Assembly: GCA_017633905.1 (NCBI GenBank)
Contig: JAGBOK010000031.1
Span: 1-43,363 of the forward strand
Direction: 5' to 3'
DNA from: Eubacterium sp.
GTDB lineage: Bacteria; Bacillota; Clostridia; Lachnospirales; Lachnospiraceae
DNA: 43,363 bases
Part shown: one piece after another, positions 1-9,697 of the stretch
Numbering within the stretch: the stretch's first letter is position 1
Layout of the letters: each line of letters opens with the position of its first letter
The notes under the pieces: model-generated
Databases searched by the model: none
What the model was told of the DNA's origin: nothing
The model's input: only the letters and a program-made list of their open reading frames with translations
Program-made: the position numbers and the translations under genes

Positions 1-609
1 AAGTGTCTTGTCTACTGCCTTTTCTATGCTCATTCCTTTGTCTCTGTTTATTCTTACCCGCTCCACGAACCACGAGTATTCCATAAGCGGTCTGCATTTG
101 CTTAGTAGAGCGTTGTTGTGACCATAGTTTATATTCAGCATCCGCACTCTGACCTGAATGTCAGATCGTTCAGGGTCTGAACCCTCCGGAAATGCATCCT
201 TTAATTCAAGAATAATCTCATCCTCAATATCCCTCATCCCATTATAGAACACAACAATTCTTGGGACGGGTATTTTGATCTGCTTTGAACTGTAAATGTT
301 TAGATTGTGCTGATGTACATACTTATCATATAGACTTGCGGCATACATCAGCTCTCTTAGCGGCATGTTCGGATTGAAAGTACTCTGATGAGCATACAGA
401 CTCAATATATCCTGTACGATAAAGGACACATCGTTGATCATGCCCATATATAAAACATCGCTCATCGTGTTGATCTCTATATCATCAGGGTTCTCATATG
501 AAGAACCATTGATGGCATTGTAAAGATCAAGTATCCATTGCTTGTTTTGTTCTTTCCCAAAAATGTAGGTGAATAGTTTGTCCTTATTCTTACGATTGAT
601 CGAAGGCAT
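1..609 (-). CDS. Rpn-family PD-(D/E)XK recombination-promoting nuclease/putative transposase, 3' end runs off the window
   Basis: Manual translation from the ATG at 609 (RBS GAAGGGAG upstream) gives MPSINRKNKDKLFTYIFG...LYNAINGSSY...NDVSFIV...LYAHQSTFNPNMPLR...IPVPRIVVFYNG...MLNINYGHN..LLSKCRPLMEYSWF, open to position 1. Not in the ORF track because it has no stop in the window. Confidence 0.85.
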   Translation of the reverse strand, partial: MPSINRKNKDKLFTYIFGKEQNKQWILDLYNAINGSSYENPDDIEINTMSDVLYMGMINDVSFIVQDILSLYAHQSTFNPNMPLRELMYAASLYDKYVHQHNLNIYSSKQIKIPVPRIVVFYNGMRDIEDEIILELKDAFPEGSDPERSDIQVRVRMLNINYGHNNALLSKCRPLMEYSWFVERVRINRDKGMSIEKAVDKTL

Positions 610-832
610 ATGTCACTCCCTTCTGTGTACATAATAACACCATAGATGAATAAAAGCAACAAGAATCTATATATATTATAAACTAATCGGGAAAAGAAAA
701 CAATGTCGTTCAGACATAGGTAGAAAATAAAAAAGTACGGAAAAACGTTGGTTTCAGAATTTGTATTATGTCTGAACGTATTTTTGACATAAATTAAAAT
801 GAAATAATATTTTCATCGACACTATGAAAATA

Positions 833-980
833 ACTCTGTAAATTAAAAAAACACTATGAACAAAAGGTCTTCTGTGATAAAATAAATCACAAGGAGGCCT
901 TTTATTATGGCAAACAGAAAAAAAGATCATCGCCATGTATGCGAGAGGTATGTCAACTCAACAGATATCTGATACAATGT
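833..980 (+). mobile_element. Internally deleted IS256-family remnant (left end, RBS, transposase start fused to an internal fragment)
   Basis: A hairpin at 862-903 (AAAAGGTCTTCTGTGAT / ATCACAAGGAGGCCTTTT) covers the AAGGAGG RBS before the ATG at 907 (MANRKK). A second frame at about 923-979 reads KIIAMYARGMSTQQISDTM, matching the IS256 transposase motif KIIxMYAxGMxTRxIS. Ends are approximate. Confidence 0.7.
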
Positions 981-1081
981 TGGACATTTGTTGGACAGGC
1001 AGATGTAAAATGCGAAGCATGGAAATGCGAAAACATTACTGACCATGACGGAAATTGCAGGAGATCACAAGGGGGACGTAT

Positions 1082-3574
1082 ATGTATGGAACAAGCTTTG
1101 CAAAAAGGCTGATGGCAGGTCTTATGATACTTGTCATGGCATTCATGGTGCCGTCAGTCCATGTGCAGGGAGCCGGGAAGAAAACTTATTATGTCAAATC
1201 ATTCAGGCTTTTCATCAAAGAGGGAGGCTCTTTTGATGATGCCGTGAAATGGGCATCAGAACAGGGAAGCAGCTGGCATGCCGTGGAGGGCGACCTAAAC
1301 GCCGGTGCCGAAGCTCTGGTCAAAAAAAAGATCGGAGTATTCCTATGCTATGAGACGACATTTGAGAGATCGGAGGCAGTCACCGATATCGCAGTCATGA
1401 ATGAGAAGGGCAGCTACTCCGAGGGTTCATACAAGCGGATGGTGACGGAACACAGGAAGCTTTATTCCGACCTTGTACAGGACATGAAAAAAATGATAGA
1501 TGAATACAGGGTCAATGTACGAAACAGTATTCCGACAGCACTTCAGGCAAAGAAGGCAATGAATGCGTATATCGATCCGGATTCGGGAAAAAGACTCGGT
1601 GACCTGATCATGGAAATAGATGATGACAGGCTGACTGAGATACTGCTGCAGGCAAACGGAATGGTAGTGATGATGGTTCAGGAGCAGGTCTCATACGCGA
1701 GTGACACCGCGACGAGGACATGGCTTGACCGCATGGTGCAGCTTGGGAACAGCGGCAATGCCTACAATTCACTTTTCAAGAGAGCGAAGCTTGGCTTCAA
1801 TGGAGATGAGCAGAAGGCAGAGAAGGCTCTCGATGAAAAATACAAAACAGACGCTCTCATGCTGAAGGGAAAGTTCGAGGGCATAAGAACTCATCTCGAG
1901 GCAGTGATACGATATGCCGCGGAGAACGGTCTTGACAAAATGAACAGCAATGATAAAAAAGCCTGGCTTGACAAGCACTCGGATGAACCGAGAGCTCAGG
2001 TATATATGATAGAGAGCGCCGTATCATCGGCTCTTGCCACATACAAATATGAAGCGACCAATCTTTTGGATTTCTTTTTACAAAAGGAAGGGGATTTTGA
2101 AGGAGACAGGATAAAAAGACTCTATCCTATGGTATCAGCTCTTTCTGACGGACAGATAGCGAGTCTCAGGCAGACTACAGATCTTTTTACACTTGTAAAT
2201 GCCGCAATACGGGCAAGTGCGGAGAACGGCTATTCAAAGGGCGTATCCGCAAAGCTTGATGAGGAGGACAAAGCGGAAGTCAAGGCAAATACCGACAAAT
2301 ACGAAGCCGCTCTTGACGGTATGGTAAAGGCAGAAGAGCCTATTTCCATATATGAAGGTGTTGACAGGGACATATATGGGGACGGCGGAATTGCCGTTAC
2401 AACAAATGTCGAAGGATATAAAACCGATGACAACGGAACATGGGCGGATGCTCTTTTTGGTGATGATGACCAGCAAAAACTCATGCTTGCAGCCGGCGTA
2501 GGCACGGTAAGCTGTGCGCTTATGGCAGGACTTTTTGCTCACATGATCTCGCATGTAAATTCGACCGCAACAGAAGCGGGCTGGGAATATGCCAAGGATC
2601 TGGCAGAGGAAAGGATCGAGGAAAATATCGCAAAAAGCGGTATGTCCAAGACCGCGATCGACAAGGCATCTACCCACAGCTATGAAGATATTATTGAAAT
2701 ATCAAAAATGACCAAGAAACAGATCAGAGAGACGGGACTTCTTTCAAGAACCAAGGATCAGATGCAGCAGTCATTGACGGAATACCGCAATCACGGAATG
2801 AACGTCGGACACAACGCGCTGAAGATCAAGCTGTTTACCGGACTCAAATGGGGACTTACCATAGCTGCGCTCATACTTGCGGGATATGAGATCGTGGAGA
2901 CGGTACATCATCTTTATGAATATTACCACACGGAGCATCTGCCTATCCCTCACCACATGATAGACATTACATACAATATGTCCAGGCGAACCGGATTTGT
3001 CAATTATAAAAGCGTGAAGGATCAAAACGGTGAAAACGGTGATCTGAACGGTGACGGAGGCAAGCAGTGGCTTGCGCTCTATGAGACGCATGACGCAAGA
3101 GCGGGTGATCCGGTACTTGCCCCCGAGAACGGCAGGGCGGACAGGATAATAGTGCAGACCGGGAGTGACAAGCTCCCATCGGATAAATACTCACCGCTTC
3201 ATATGTTCGGGACACCGTTGGTTTCGCAGAACCTGACCTATGAGGACGGCATGAGCGGTTACTCCTACAATGATAAAAACGGCGGCACTTATCTTTTCTT
3301 TCGCAGGGATGACGATTCATCTTCGGTCACGGATGACAAGGGAACGACAGACACCGGCGCGGCTTCCACGAGCGGCTCACCCGGCGCGGATGCCAAAGAA
3401 ACGACTGATACCGGTGATACATCCGGTGAGGGAGACGGGGAAGCCGGAACCACGGTGAGCGGTGGGTATATTGCCATCGCAGCTGTGGCAGGACTTGCGG
3501 CAGGGATATTTATAGGCGTTATAGGCATGAATTTCAAAAGCAGAAAGAAGCATTATGAGAATAAAAATAACTGA
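1082..3574 (+). CDS. Large secreted, C-terminally membrane-anchored protein of unknown function with MABP/beta-prism-like DLNxG motifs and internal hydrophobic helices
   Basis: ATG 1082 follows AAGGGGG. Signal peptide KRLMAGLMILVMAFMVPSVHVQG; S/T/G/D linker; C-terminal TM YIAIAAVAGLAAGIFIGVIGM plus basic tail KSRKK; motifs GDLNAGA..VFLCY..AVTDIAV and GDLNGDGGKQWLALY. Confidence 0.75.
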   Translation: MYGTSFAKRLMAGLMILVMAFMVPSVHVQGAGKKTYYVKSFRLFIKEGGSFDDAVKWASEQGSSWHAVEGDLNAGAEALVKKKIGVFLCYETTFERSEAVTDIAVMNEKGSYSEGSYKRMVTEHRKLYSDLVQDMKKMIDEYRVNVRNSIPTALQAKKAMNAYIDPDSGKRLGDLIMEIDDDRLTEILLQANGMVVMMVQEQVSYASDTATRTWLDRMVQLGNSGNAYNSLFKRAKLGFNGDEQKAEKALDEKYKTDALMLKGKFEGIRTHLEAVIRYAAENGLDKMNSNDKKAWLDKHSDEPRAQVYMIESAVSSALATYKYEATNLLDFFLQKEGDFEGDRIKRLYPMVSALSDGQIASLRQTTDLFTLVNAAIRASAENGYSKGVSAKLDEEDKAEVKANTDKYEAALDGMVKAEEPISIYEGVDRDIYGDGGIAVTTNVEGYKTDDNGTWADALFGDDDQQKLMLAAGVGTVSCALMAGLFAHMISHVNSTATEAGWEYAKDLAEERIEENIAKSGMSKTAIDKASTHSYEDIIEISKMTKKQIRETGLLSRTKDQMQQSLTEYRNHGMNVGHNALKIKLFTGLKWGLTIAALILAGYEIVETVHHLYEYYHTEHLPIPHHMIDITYNMSRRTGFVNYKSVKDQNGENGDLNGDGGKQWLALYETHDARAGDPVLAPENGRADRIIVQTGSDKLPSDKYSPLHMFGTPLVSQNLTYEDGMSGYSYNDKNGGTYLFFRRDDDSSSVTDDKGTTDTGAASTSGSPGADAKETTDTGDTSGEGDGEAGTTVSGGYIAIAAVAGLAAGIFIGVIGMNFKSRKKHYENKNN

Positions 3575-4352
3575 TGATCTTGACTTAAAAAAAATAGCAG
3601 AGAGCGGGCAGTGTTTCAGGTGGGAGAGTGTTTCAGATAACAGATACCGTATCGTACACAGAGACCATATGGTCGAGATAGAGGAGCGCTTAGACAGGGA
3701 GTTTTATTTTTCCTGTGATGAGGAAGAATTTGAAAAGGTCTGGAGAGAATATCTTGACCTTGATGAGAACTATGCTTCCATCAGAAACAGAATAAAAAAG
3801 TCAGAAGATCCTTTTTTATATGAGGCATGTGAATATGGCAGGGGCATCAGGATACTGAGACAGGATCCGTGGGAGACCCTGATCAGCTTTATCATCTCAC
3901 AAAACAGAAATATCCCCGCGATCAAAAAAAGCATCAGGATACTGTGCGGGCAGACAGGGAGCAGCTACAGCTTCCCTACGCCTGAACAGATACTGTCCAT
4001 GAGTGATGAGGCATTGTCAGAGTGCAGGCTCGGCTACAGGGATCAGTATATACTTGCGGCGGCGAGGGCGGTACTAAACGGTGACATAGTGCCTGATGAT
4101 CTCATAGATGCCGATGAGGAGACGACAATGAGAGAGCTCACATCCATCCACGGCGTTGGAAAAAAGGTCGCAAGCTGTATGTCGCTGTTTGGTCTTCATC
4201 ATATTGACGCGTTTCCCATAGACGTATGGATCAGGCGGGTGTTGGAAAGCAAATATCCGGACGGCTACCCGATGGAGTCATACCGCCCGTACAACGGGAT
4301 CTACCAGCAATATATGTTTTACTATGCGCAGTCGGGCGCAGCAGAGCTGTAA
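3555..4352 (+). CDS. ogg: 8-oxoguanine DNA glycosylase/AP lyase (Ogg family, HhH-GPD)
   Basis: SGQCFRW N-terminal motif, GIRILRQDPWETLISFIISQ, LGYR, HhH GVGKKVASC, FPIDVWI and QQYMF. Confidence 0.9.
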   Translation: MRIKITDDLDLKKIAESGQCFRWESVSDNRYRIVHRDHMVEIEERLDREFYFSCDEEEFEKVWREYLDLDENYASIRNRIKKSEDPFLYEACEYGRGIRILRQDPWETLISFIISQNRNIPAIKKSIRILCGQTGSSYSFPTPEQILSMSDEALSECRLGYRDQYILAAARAVLNGDIVPDDLIDADEETTMRELTSIHGVGKKVASCMSLFGLHHIDAFPIDVWIRRVLESKYPDGYPMESYRPYNGIYQQYMFYYAQSGAAEL

Positions 4353-4364
4353 ACAGCAAATATA

Positions 4365-4383
4365 TATTCACGGCTGTCACTCT
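4365..4383. repeat. REP-like palindromic element, half copy
   Basis: TATTCACGGCTGTCACTCT is the exact reverse complement of 23202-23220 and starts 13 bp after the ogg stop. Confidence 0.75.
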
Positions 4384-4397
4384 GTTTCCCGTTATTC

Positions 4398-4426
4398 TTG
4401 ACAACGGGTCTGAAAAATAGTAAAAT
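4398..4426 (+). promoter_or_regulatory. Sigma-A promoter of the MCP gene
   Basis: TTGACA-17 bp-TAAAAT upstream of RBS GGGGAGG and ATG 4491. Confidence 0.7.
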
Positions 4427-4490
4427 ATTATACGCTTGTTAAAAAAGTAAAAAATACTTGTATATTACATAATAACACGGGGAGGAATAC

Positions 4491-6506
4491 ATGAAGACAA
4501 AGAAAAGACGTTCGCTGAAAAAGGTGCTGCTGACAGAGATAATCGTTTTTGTAGCAGTCATAATAGCAATTATCACTGCTATCAGCGTCAAGCTTCAAAA
4601 GGATGAGATCAGAGACCTGACAAGATCGGTGCTCAGCGAGGAGTCTATTTCATACTCGAGTGAGATTTACAACTGGTGGAGCAGTATAGAGCAGAGAGTC
4701 GCGCAGACGGCAAGTGTATTTAAAAACATTCCGGAGCCGAACTACGATGATACGCTGAAGATGCTCCTTGCCCTGACAGAGTCTGATCCGGATTCACAGG
4801 ACATCTACATCGCGTACGGTGATGACAACAAGTTCCTGGACGGCTCCGGCTGGACACCGGATGCGGATTTTGTATTTACGGACAGAGCCTGGTATCAGGG
4901 AGCCATGGAGAAAAACGGCGAGATCTACACATCCGAGCCCTATCTTGACGCATCGACCGGCAAGACCTGCCTTGCGTGCTCGGTAATGCTCAGAGACAAG
5001 GTCGTACTCAGCAGCGATATCGTATTTGACAAGGTAGCAGAGAAGCTGAATGGCTTCAAGTCAAGCTCTGAGGATGCCAAATATTATATAGTAAACAAAG
5101 AGACGGGGGACATTCTGGTCAGCAACGTGAGCGAGGTGGTCGGACAGAAGCTCGGCGAGTCTGCGGATGCCATCGTGACCGGGATGAATGAAGTATTTGA
5201 TTCGCTCAATACAGAGAGTACGGTCGGTGTTGACAAGGTAGAGATGACCGGGACCGGTGAGGGCAACATGATGTATGTCGGTACCGATATTGCCGATACC
5301 TCATGGGTAGTCGTGACGGCAGTTCCCAATTCATTTATCATGAACAAAGTCATGAGGATGATGTTCATTACACTCGGAATAGCCATCGGACTTATGATCC
5401 TGCTTGCTATCGCGCTGTATATCGTTATCAACAAGTATATCAATCCTGTATCAAAGGTCACGGAGCGCATCACTGACATCAGCGGCGGTGACTTTACCGT
5501 GAATCTGAAGCCCGAAGGGAACAACGAGATCACGACTCTCAGCGAGAGCCTGAATACCTATATCGGCGGCATGCATGATATGCTTACCAACCTTGCGGAA
5601 ATATCGTCCAATATGAATGAGAACGCAGGGAAGTGCTTTGATATATCCCAAGCCCTCTCGACATCGAACCACACACAGGGCGAGTCCATAGAAAAACTGA
5701 ATACTACACTGTCCGCAATGAGCAGTTCCATAGATGATGTCGCGCAGGCAGCTACAGACCTTGCAGCCACATCGGGAGATCTCATGAACAGCGCCGAGAA
5801 TGTCAGGGATCTGTGCAATGAGAGTCTCGAGTCATCGAGAGCGGGCAAGGCTGAGATGGATATTATGACCGGAAATGTCAAGACTCTTGATGAAACCATC
5901 AGGGAGCTTACGGATATTATCAAGGTCACAGCCAAGTCAGTCGAGGAGATCACGGGCATCACGGATACCATCAACGCGATATCAGAGCAGACCAATCTCC
6001 TGTCACTCAATGCCTCGATAGAGGCGGCAAGAGCCGGAGAGAGCGGCAAGGGCTTTGCGGTAGTGGCATCAGAGGTAGGCGCGCTTGCTAAACAGTCAAC
6101 GGAAGCTACGGAGACCATCAGGTCACTGATCGGAAGCATCACAAAGAATATCGAAGATATCAACCGCAATGCCGACACCTGTATCACGGATATGGAAGCA
6201 TGTATTACGGGTGTTGAGAATGCGAACAAATCATTTGATCTCATTTACACCGACGTAGAAAAAGCAGCGCGCGGCATGACTGATATAACGAACGGTATCA
6301 CAAGGATCAACGACGTCGCGTCGGGGAATGCGGCAACGAGTGAGGAACAGGCAGCGGCGATCAATGAGGTACTGGGTCTGAGCGAGCAGATCGTATCAGA
6401 GAGCGATAATATCGTGAGCGAGACAGAAAGTATCTCCGGAATATCAGAGAGCCTGAACCGCTACTCAGACGAGATCAACGAAGACCTCTCACAGTACAGA
6501 CTGTAG
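4491..6506 (+). CDS. Methyl-accepting chemotaxis protein (TM-dCache-TM-HAMP-MCP signalling domain)
   Basis: Two TM helices, dCache motif RAWYQGA..SEPYLD, HAMP NNEITTL, signalling tip [33 protein letters not shown]. Confidence 0.95.
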   Translation: MKTKKRRSLKKVLLTEIIVFVAVIIAIITAISVKLQKDEIRDLTRSVLSEESISYSSEIYNWWSSIEQRVAQTASVFKNIPEPNYDDTLKMLLALTESDPDSQDIYIAYGDDNKFLDGSGWTPDADFVFTDRAWYQGAMEKNGEIYTSEPYLDASTGKTCLACSVMLRDKVVLSSDIVFDKVAEKLNGFKSSSEDAKYYIVNKETGDILVSNVSEVVGQKLGESADAIVTGMNEVFDSLNTESTVGVDKVEMTGTGEGNMMYVGTDIADTSWVVVTAVPNSFIMNKVMRMMFITLGIAIGLMILLAIALYIVINKYINPVSKVTERITDISGGDFTVNLKPEGNNEITTLSESLNTYIGGMHDMLTNLAEISSNMNENAGKCFDISQALSTSNHTQGESIEKLNTTLSAMSSSIDDVAQAATDLAATSGDLMNSAENVRDLCNESLESSRAGKAEMDIMTGNVKTLDETIRELTDIIKVTAKSVEEITGITDTINAISEQTNLLSLNASIEAARAGESGKGFAVVASEVGALAKQSTEATETIRSLIGSITKNIEDINRNADTCITDMEACITGVENANKSFDLIYTDVEKAARGMTDITNGITRINDVASGNAATSEEQAAAINEVLGLSEQIVSESDNIVSETESISGISESLNRYSDEINEDLSQYRL

Positions 6507-6511
6507 TTATA

Positions 6512-6531
6512 TGACAGTCGTGAATATTAAC
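6512..6531. repeat. REP-like palindromic element, degenerate half copy
   Basis: TGACAGTCGTGAATATTAAC has 2 mismatches to TGACAGCCGTGAATAGTAAC and lies 5 bp after the MCP stop. Confidence 0.65.
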
Positions 6532-6534
6532 GGC

Positions 6535-6596
6535 TTGAACCGATGTTTCATGCTGATATTATTAAGGAAACACTGATTTGATCGGCGTTTCCTTAA
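6535..6596 (+). promoter_or_regulatory. Putative promoter and leader inverted repeat of the GT2-GH3 cluster
   Basis: TTGAAC-16 bp-TATTAT with TG extension, followed by the inverted repeat TTAAGGAAACACTGAT / ATCGGCGTTTCCTTAA. Confidence 0.45.
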
Positions 6597-6622
6597 GTAT
6601 TCCTTGAGAACGGAGGGAAAGG

Positions 6623-9217
6623 ATGGATAAGCCTCTTGTCAGTGTCGTAACACCCGTATACAAAACAGAATTAAGACTGTTAAAAAGAGCGACGGATTGT
6701 CTGAAGAACCAGACGATCGGATTTATAAATATTGAGTGGAATTTAGTGATCCACAATTCAGGTGATGAGTACAACAGAAGTGTCAGAGAACTGTTGGCAG
6801 GAGAGTTTGATGGCAAGCTCCCTGACAATATCCGCATCAAGACCCTTGAAGATGACGGCAGAGGTCCCTCCACACCGAGAAATAAAGGGATGGAAATGGC
6901 AGGTGCTCCTTATATTGCTTTTTTGGATTCTGATGATACCTTCACGGAGAACTGTCTTGAGTCGGTAGTTGGCTACGCAGAAAAAAACAACTCTGATATC
7001 ACTGTGTTCAGACGCAGCTTTGAGATGGAGAGAGAGGGACTCGCAAGAGTGACCGAGGTGGTGCGCTGGAACCAGATGCGTGAAGAGATCGTGCTGACCA
7101 GAGATACCTGGGAGGAGGAGAAGATGTTTGTAGGCATCTGGGGGATGGTAACATCCAGAGTCTACAGACGATCATTTCTTGATAAATACGGCATCCGTTT
7201 TAGTGAAGATATTCCGTTTGGCGAGGATTATATGTTCAATGTCGAGGCGTATCACAGGGCGGAGAGGATATGCTATCTGCCGCAGCTAATCGGTTACAGG
7301 TATTACATCAACTCATCCTCCATGGTTCAGGGTTCAGAGAAGGATGCGGATACTCTTGTAGCCTATGCAAGAGGCTTTGAGAAGCTTTTTGATACTGCGA
7401 TCAAATACGGGATATACATGAATCCCACCATATCAAGACTGTGCGCGCTCCTCTCAAAGTATATTCTTGGCTGTCCGGATATGACACCCGATAAGCACAG
7501 ACAGATAAGCCGTTTGTTGGGTAGATTTGTTGAGATGACGACGCTGATGGAGCCGGACAAGATCTATCCGGAGGCTGCGGTGATAGAGGGCTTTGAGCTC
7601 CCGAGAGAGGTCATCCTGAATCCCGAACAAAGCGAAGGACTTGATGACAGGGATATTTTGTTTTCTCCCGATCGTTATTACAGCAATATTGACCCGGGAC
7701 GCAACAGTCTCTACAGGATACTTACGGAGAATGCGGATACTGACATAGGTCAGTTTTATCGCTTTTCAAGCATTCGCTCCATCTCAGGCTACAGAGAAAG
7801 AGTTCCTCTGTCAGACTATAGTGATTATGAGCGTTTGATAAATCTTCAGACAGAGATCGGTGAGAGCAACATACTCACCTCAGGGGATATCAGAGCCTAT
7901 TCCGTATCAACTGATCCCACGGGAGCGTTGAAGCGGTTTGTATGTACAAAAGAAACCATAGATGCCTGTGTAAGAGCAGTAAATGACAGGATAAAAGGCG
8001 AGAGAGTTCTTCTTCTTGCGGATCTGTATTTCAGGGGCAAGGTAAACAATGACGGGATACGGGAGCGCTCGCTGATCGAGTATGCATTTCTAAATACTGT
8101 ATTGCCGGGATATTCCACCAAAGATATCCATGGCTCTGCAGTTGACGGTATCGAGGGGATATTCCGCGACAGAAGCCGCTATCTGCAGATCCTTTACGGT
8201 CTGAAGAAAAAAGATCTGACCATGATCCTTGCTGATGATACCAGAAGCATATATGAGTTTTTCAGGTTTATCGAAGAAAACCATGACTCCATATGTGATG
8301 ACATCGAGGTGGGAACTGTCGAGGGAGAGACTCTGGCTGAGCTTGTGGAGGATGAGAGGGAGTTCTTTAGGGATGTTGTTGTACCGGATCCCGAGAGGGC
8401 GGATGAGCTTAGGAGCATCTTTGCCCAAGGATTTACAGAGCCGGTGGCGGAGAAAATATGGTCTGAATTTCGGGGGACATCTGCCGTAGGCATCGGAAGC
8501 TTTTCTATTTATACTGACAATATGCGAAGATATGTCGGAGATAAGCCGCACAGAGAACTCGGATATCTGCGTTCTGAGGCTTTTATGGGGAATAGTCTTG
8601 CAGATGGTCATTTTTCCATGGATGTATGGAATATATTCATTGAGTTTTTGCCATTTGCAGATGGCATGGAGGGAGAGAGACCCCTGTCCGTATATGAGTT
8701 GATCGACGGTCATGAGTACAAGCCGGTCATCACTACAGCTTCGGGACTGTACCGTTACAGAATGGATGATGTGTTTACATGTATCTCTCATGAGAATGGG
8801 ATACCCGTGATGTCATATGAGTTTAACTCAAAATGCAGTATCGTAATAAAAGATACATATATATCAGAAAAAAAGATATATCAGACGATCCGAAGCATGT
8901 GTGAAAAGACCGGTATTATAGTAGATGAATATGCATATCGTCAGGGCGATGAAGCAGAGAGTATAAAACTGTATTTAGAACTCCACTCAGACGATATAAT
9001 CCCTGATAAATATGCGTGCGAGAAGGCGTTTGAAGAGGTTTTTATTCCCGGTATAAAAGTAAACATATTTTTTGTGGAACCACAGACCGGACAGCTCTAT
9101 ACTGATATGCAGACCTATGAGAGAGGACAGTCATCCAACCAGATTAAACCCGTGCGCTGTCTTGATGATCCGGACAGGGAGGAGTTTTTAAGGATACATC
9201 TGATGAGGCATCAGTGA
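6623..9217 (+). CDS. Glycosyltransferase family 2 fused to a GH3 (acyl-acid amido synthetase-like) domain, copy 1
   Basis: N-terminus VSVVTPVYK, PSTPRNKG, YIAFLDSDD, GEDYMF. C-terminal GH3 signatures NADTDIGQFYRFSSIRSISGYRERVPLSDYSDY, PDPERADELR, FIEFLP, ITTASGLYRYRMDD, QIKPVR. Confidence 0.85.
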   Translation: MDKPLVSVVTPVYKTELRLLKRATDCLKNQTIGFINIEWNLVIHNSGDEYNRSVRELLAGEFDGKLPDNIRIKTLEDDGRGPSTPRNKGMEMAGAPYIAFLDSDDTFTENCLESVVGYAEKNNSDITVFRRSFEMEREGLARVTEVVRWNQMREEIVLTRDTWEEEKMFVGIWGMVTSRVYRRSFLDKYGIRFSEDIPFGEDYMFNVEAYHRAERICYLPQLIGYRYYINSSSMVQGSEKDADTLVAYARGFEKLFDTAIKYGIYMNPTISRLCALLSKYILGCPDMTPDKHRQISRLLGRFVEMTTLMEPDKIYPEAAVIEGFELPREVILNPEQSEGLDDRDILFSPDRYYSNIDPGRNSLYRILTENADTDIGQFYRFSSIRSISGYRERVPLSDYSDYERLINLQTEIGESNILTSGDIRAYSVSTDPTGALKRFVCTKETIDACVRAVNDRIKGERVLLLADLYFRGKVNNDGIRERSLIEYAFLNTVLPGYSTKDIHGSAVDGIEGIFRDRSRYLQILYGLKKKDLTMILADDTRSIYEFFRFIEENHDSICDDIEVGTVEGETLAELVEDEREFFRDVVVPDPERADELRSIFAQGFTEPVAEKIWSEFRGTSAVGIGSFSIYTDNMRRYVGDKPHRELGYLRSEAFMGNSLADGHFSMDVWNIFIEFLPFADGMEGERPLSVYELIDGHEYKPVITTASGLYRYRMDDVFTCISHENGIPVMSYEFNSKCSIVIKDTYISEKKIYQTIRSMCEKTGIIVDEYAYRQGDEAESIKLYLELHSDDIIPDKYACEKAFEEVFIPGIKVNIFFVEPQTGQLYTDMQTYERGQSSNQIKPVRCLDDPDREEFLRIHLMRHQ

Positions 9218-9292
9218 GAACAACCCGGCATGAGCAATTGAAACGTTTCCATGTGTGAATATCGTAGCGCAACAAGTATAAAGGAGAAATCT

Positions 9293-9598
9293 ATGCAGAT
9301 CGATGTATTAAAAAACGATGAGGAAGCACTTACTCTCGCCATATCCGGTGAGGTGACATCCTCAAATGCAGCGGAGTTCAGGTCAGAAGTGATCAGGCTC
9401 AGGGAGCAGAACCAGACGGCTGAGCTGGTGCTTGATTTCGGGGAATTGATCTATATTTCAAGCGCAGGACTTCGCGTGATAATGCATTTTCTGAAAAAAG
9501 AAAAGAGCAGGTTTCATATCGTCAATGTATCTGATGAGATATATGATATCCTGAAGGTGACGGGGTTTACCGGCAAGGTCGATATATCTCAGATGTAG
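9293..9598 (+). CDS. STAS-domain anti-sigma factor antagonist (SpoIIAA/RsbV-like)
   Basis: AAGGAG RBS before ATG 9293; LVLDFGELIYISSAGLRV contains the phosphorylatable Ser; ILKVTGF. Confidence 0.9.
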   Translation: MQIDVLKNDEEALTLAISGEVTSSNAAEFRSEVIRLREQNQTAELVLDFGELIYISSAGLRVIMHFLKKEKSRFHIVNVSDEIYDILKVTGFTGKVDISQM

Positions 9599-9611
9599 AT
9601 GACAAAAATTC

Positions 9612-9640
9612 TTTACAAAAACCAATATGTGTGATAAAAT
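9612..9640 (+). promoter_or_regulatory. Internal sigma-A-like promoter
   Basis: TTTACA-17 bp-TAAAAT with TG extension, upstream of the AGGAGG RBS of 9698. Confidence 0.6.
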
Positions 9641-9697
9641 ATTGTCATTGTTTGAGAATTCGGCAGGATCCGGAACATAGATTCATAGGAGGGATTT

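Noticed and set aside
477-662. 61-aa minus-strand ORF from the track
   Set aside because: It overlaps, out of frame, the real Rpn-family gene starting at 609, which has an RBS and family motifs.
5084-6244. Long antisense ORFs (149 and 228 aa) opposite the MCP, and similar ones at 8090-8791, 11963-12718, 14583-15209 and 37954-38550
   Set aside because: Shadow frames of well-supported genes, with no RBS or recognisable motifs.
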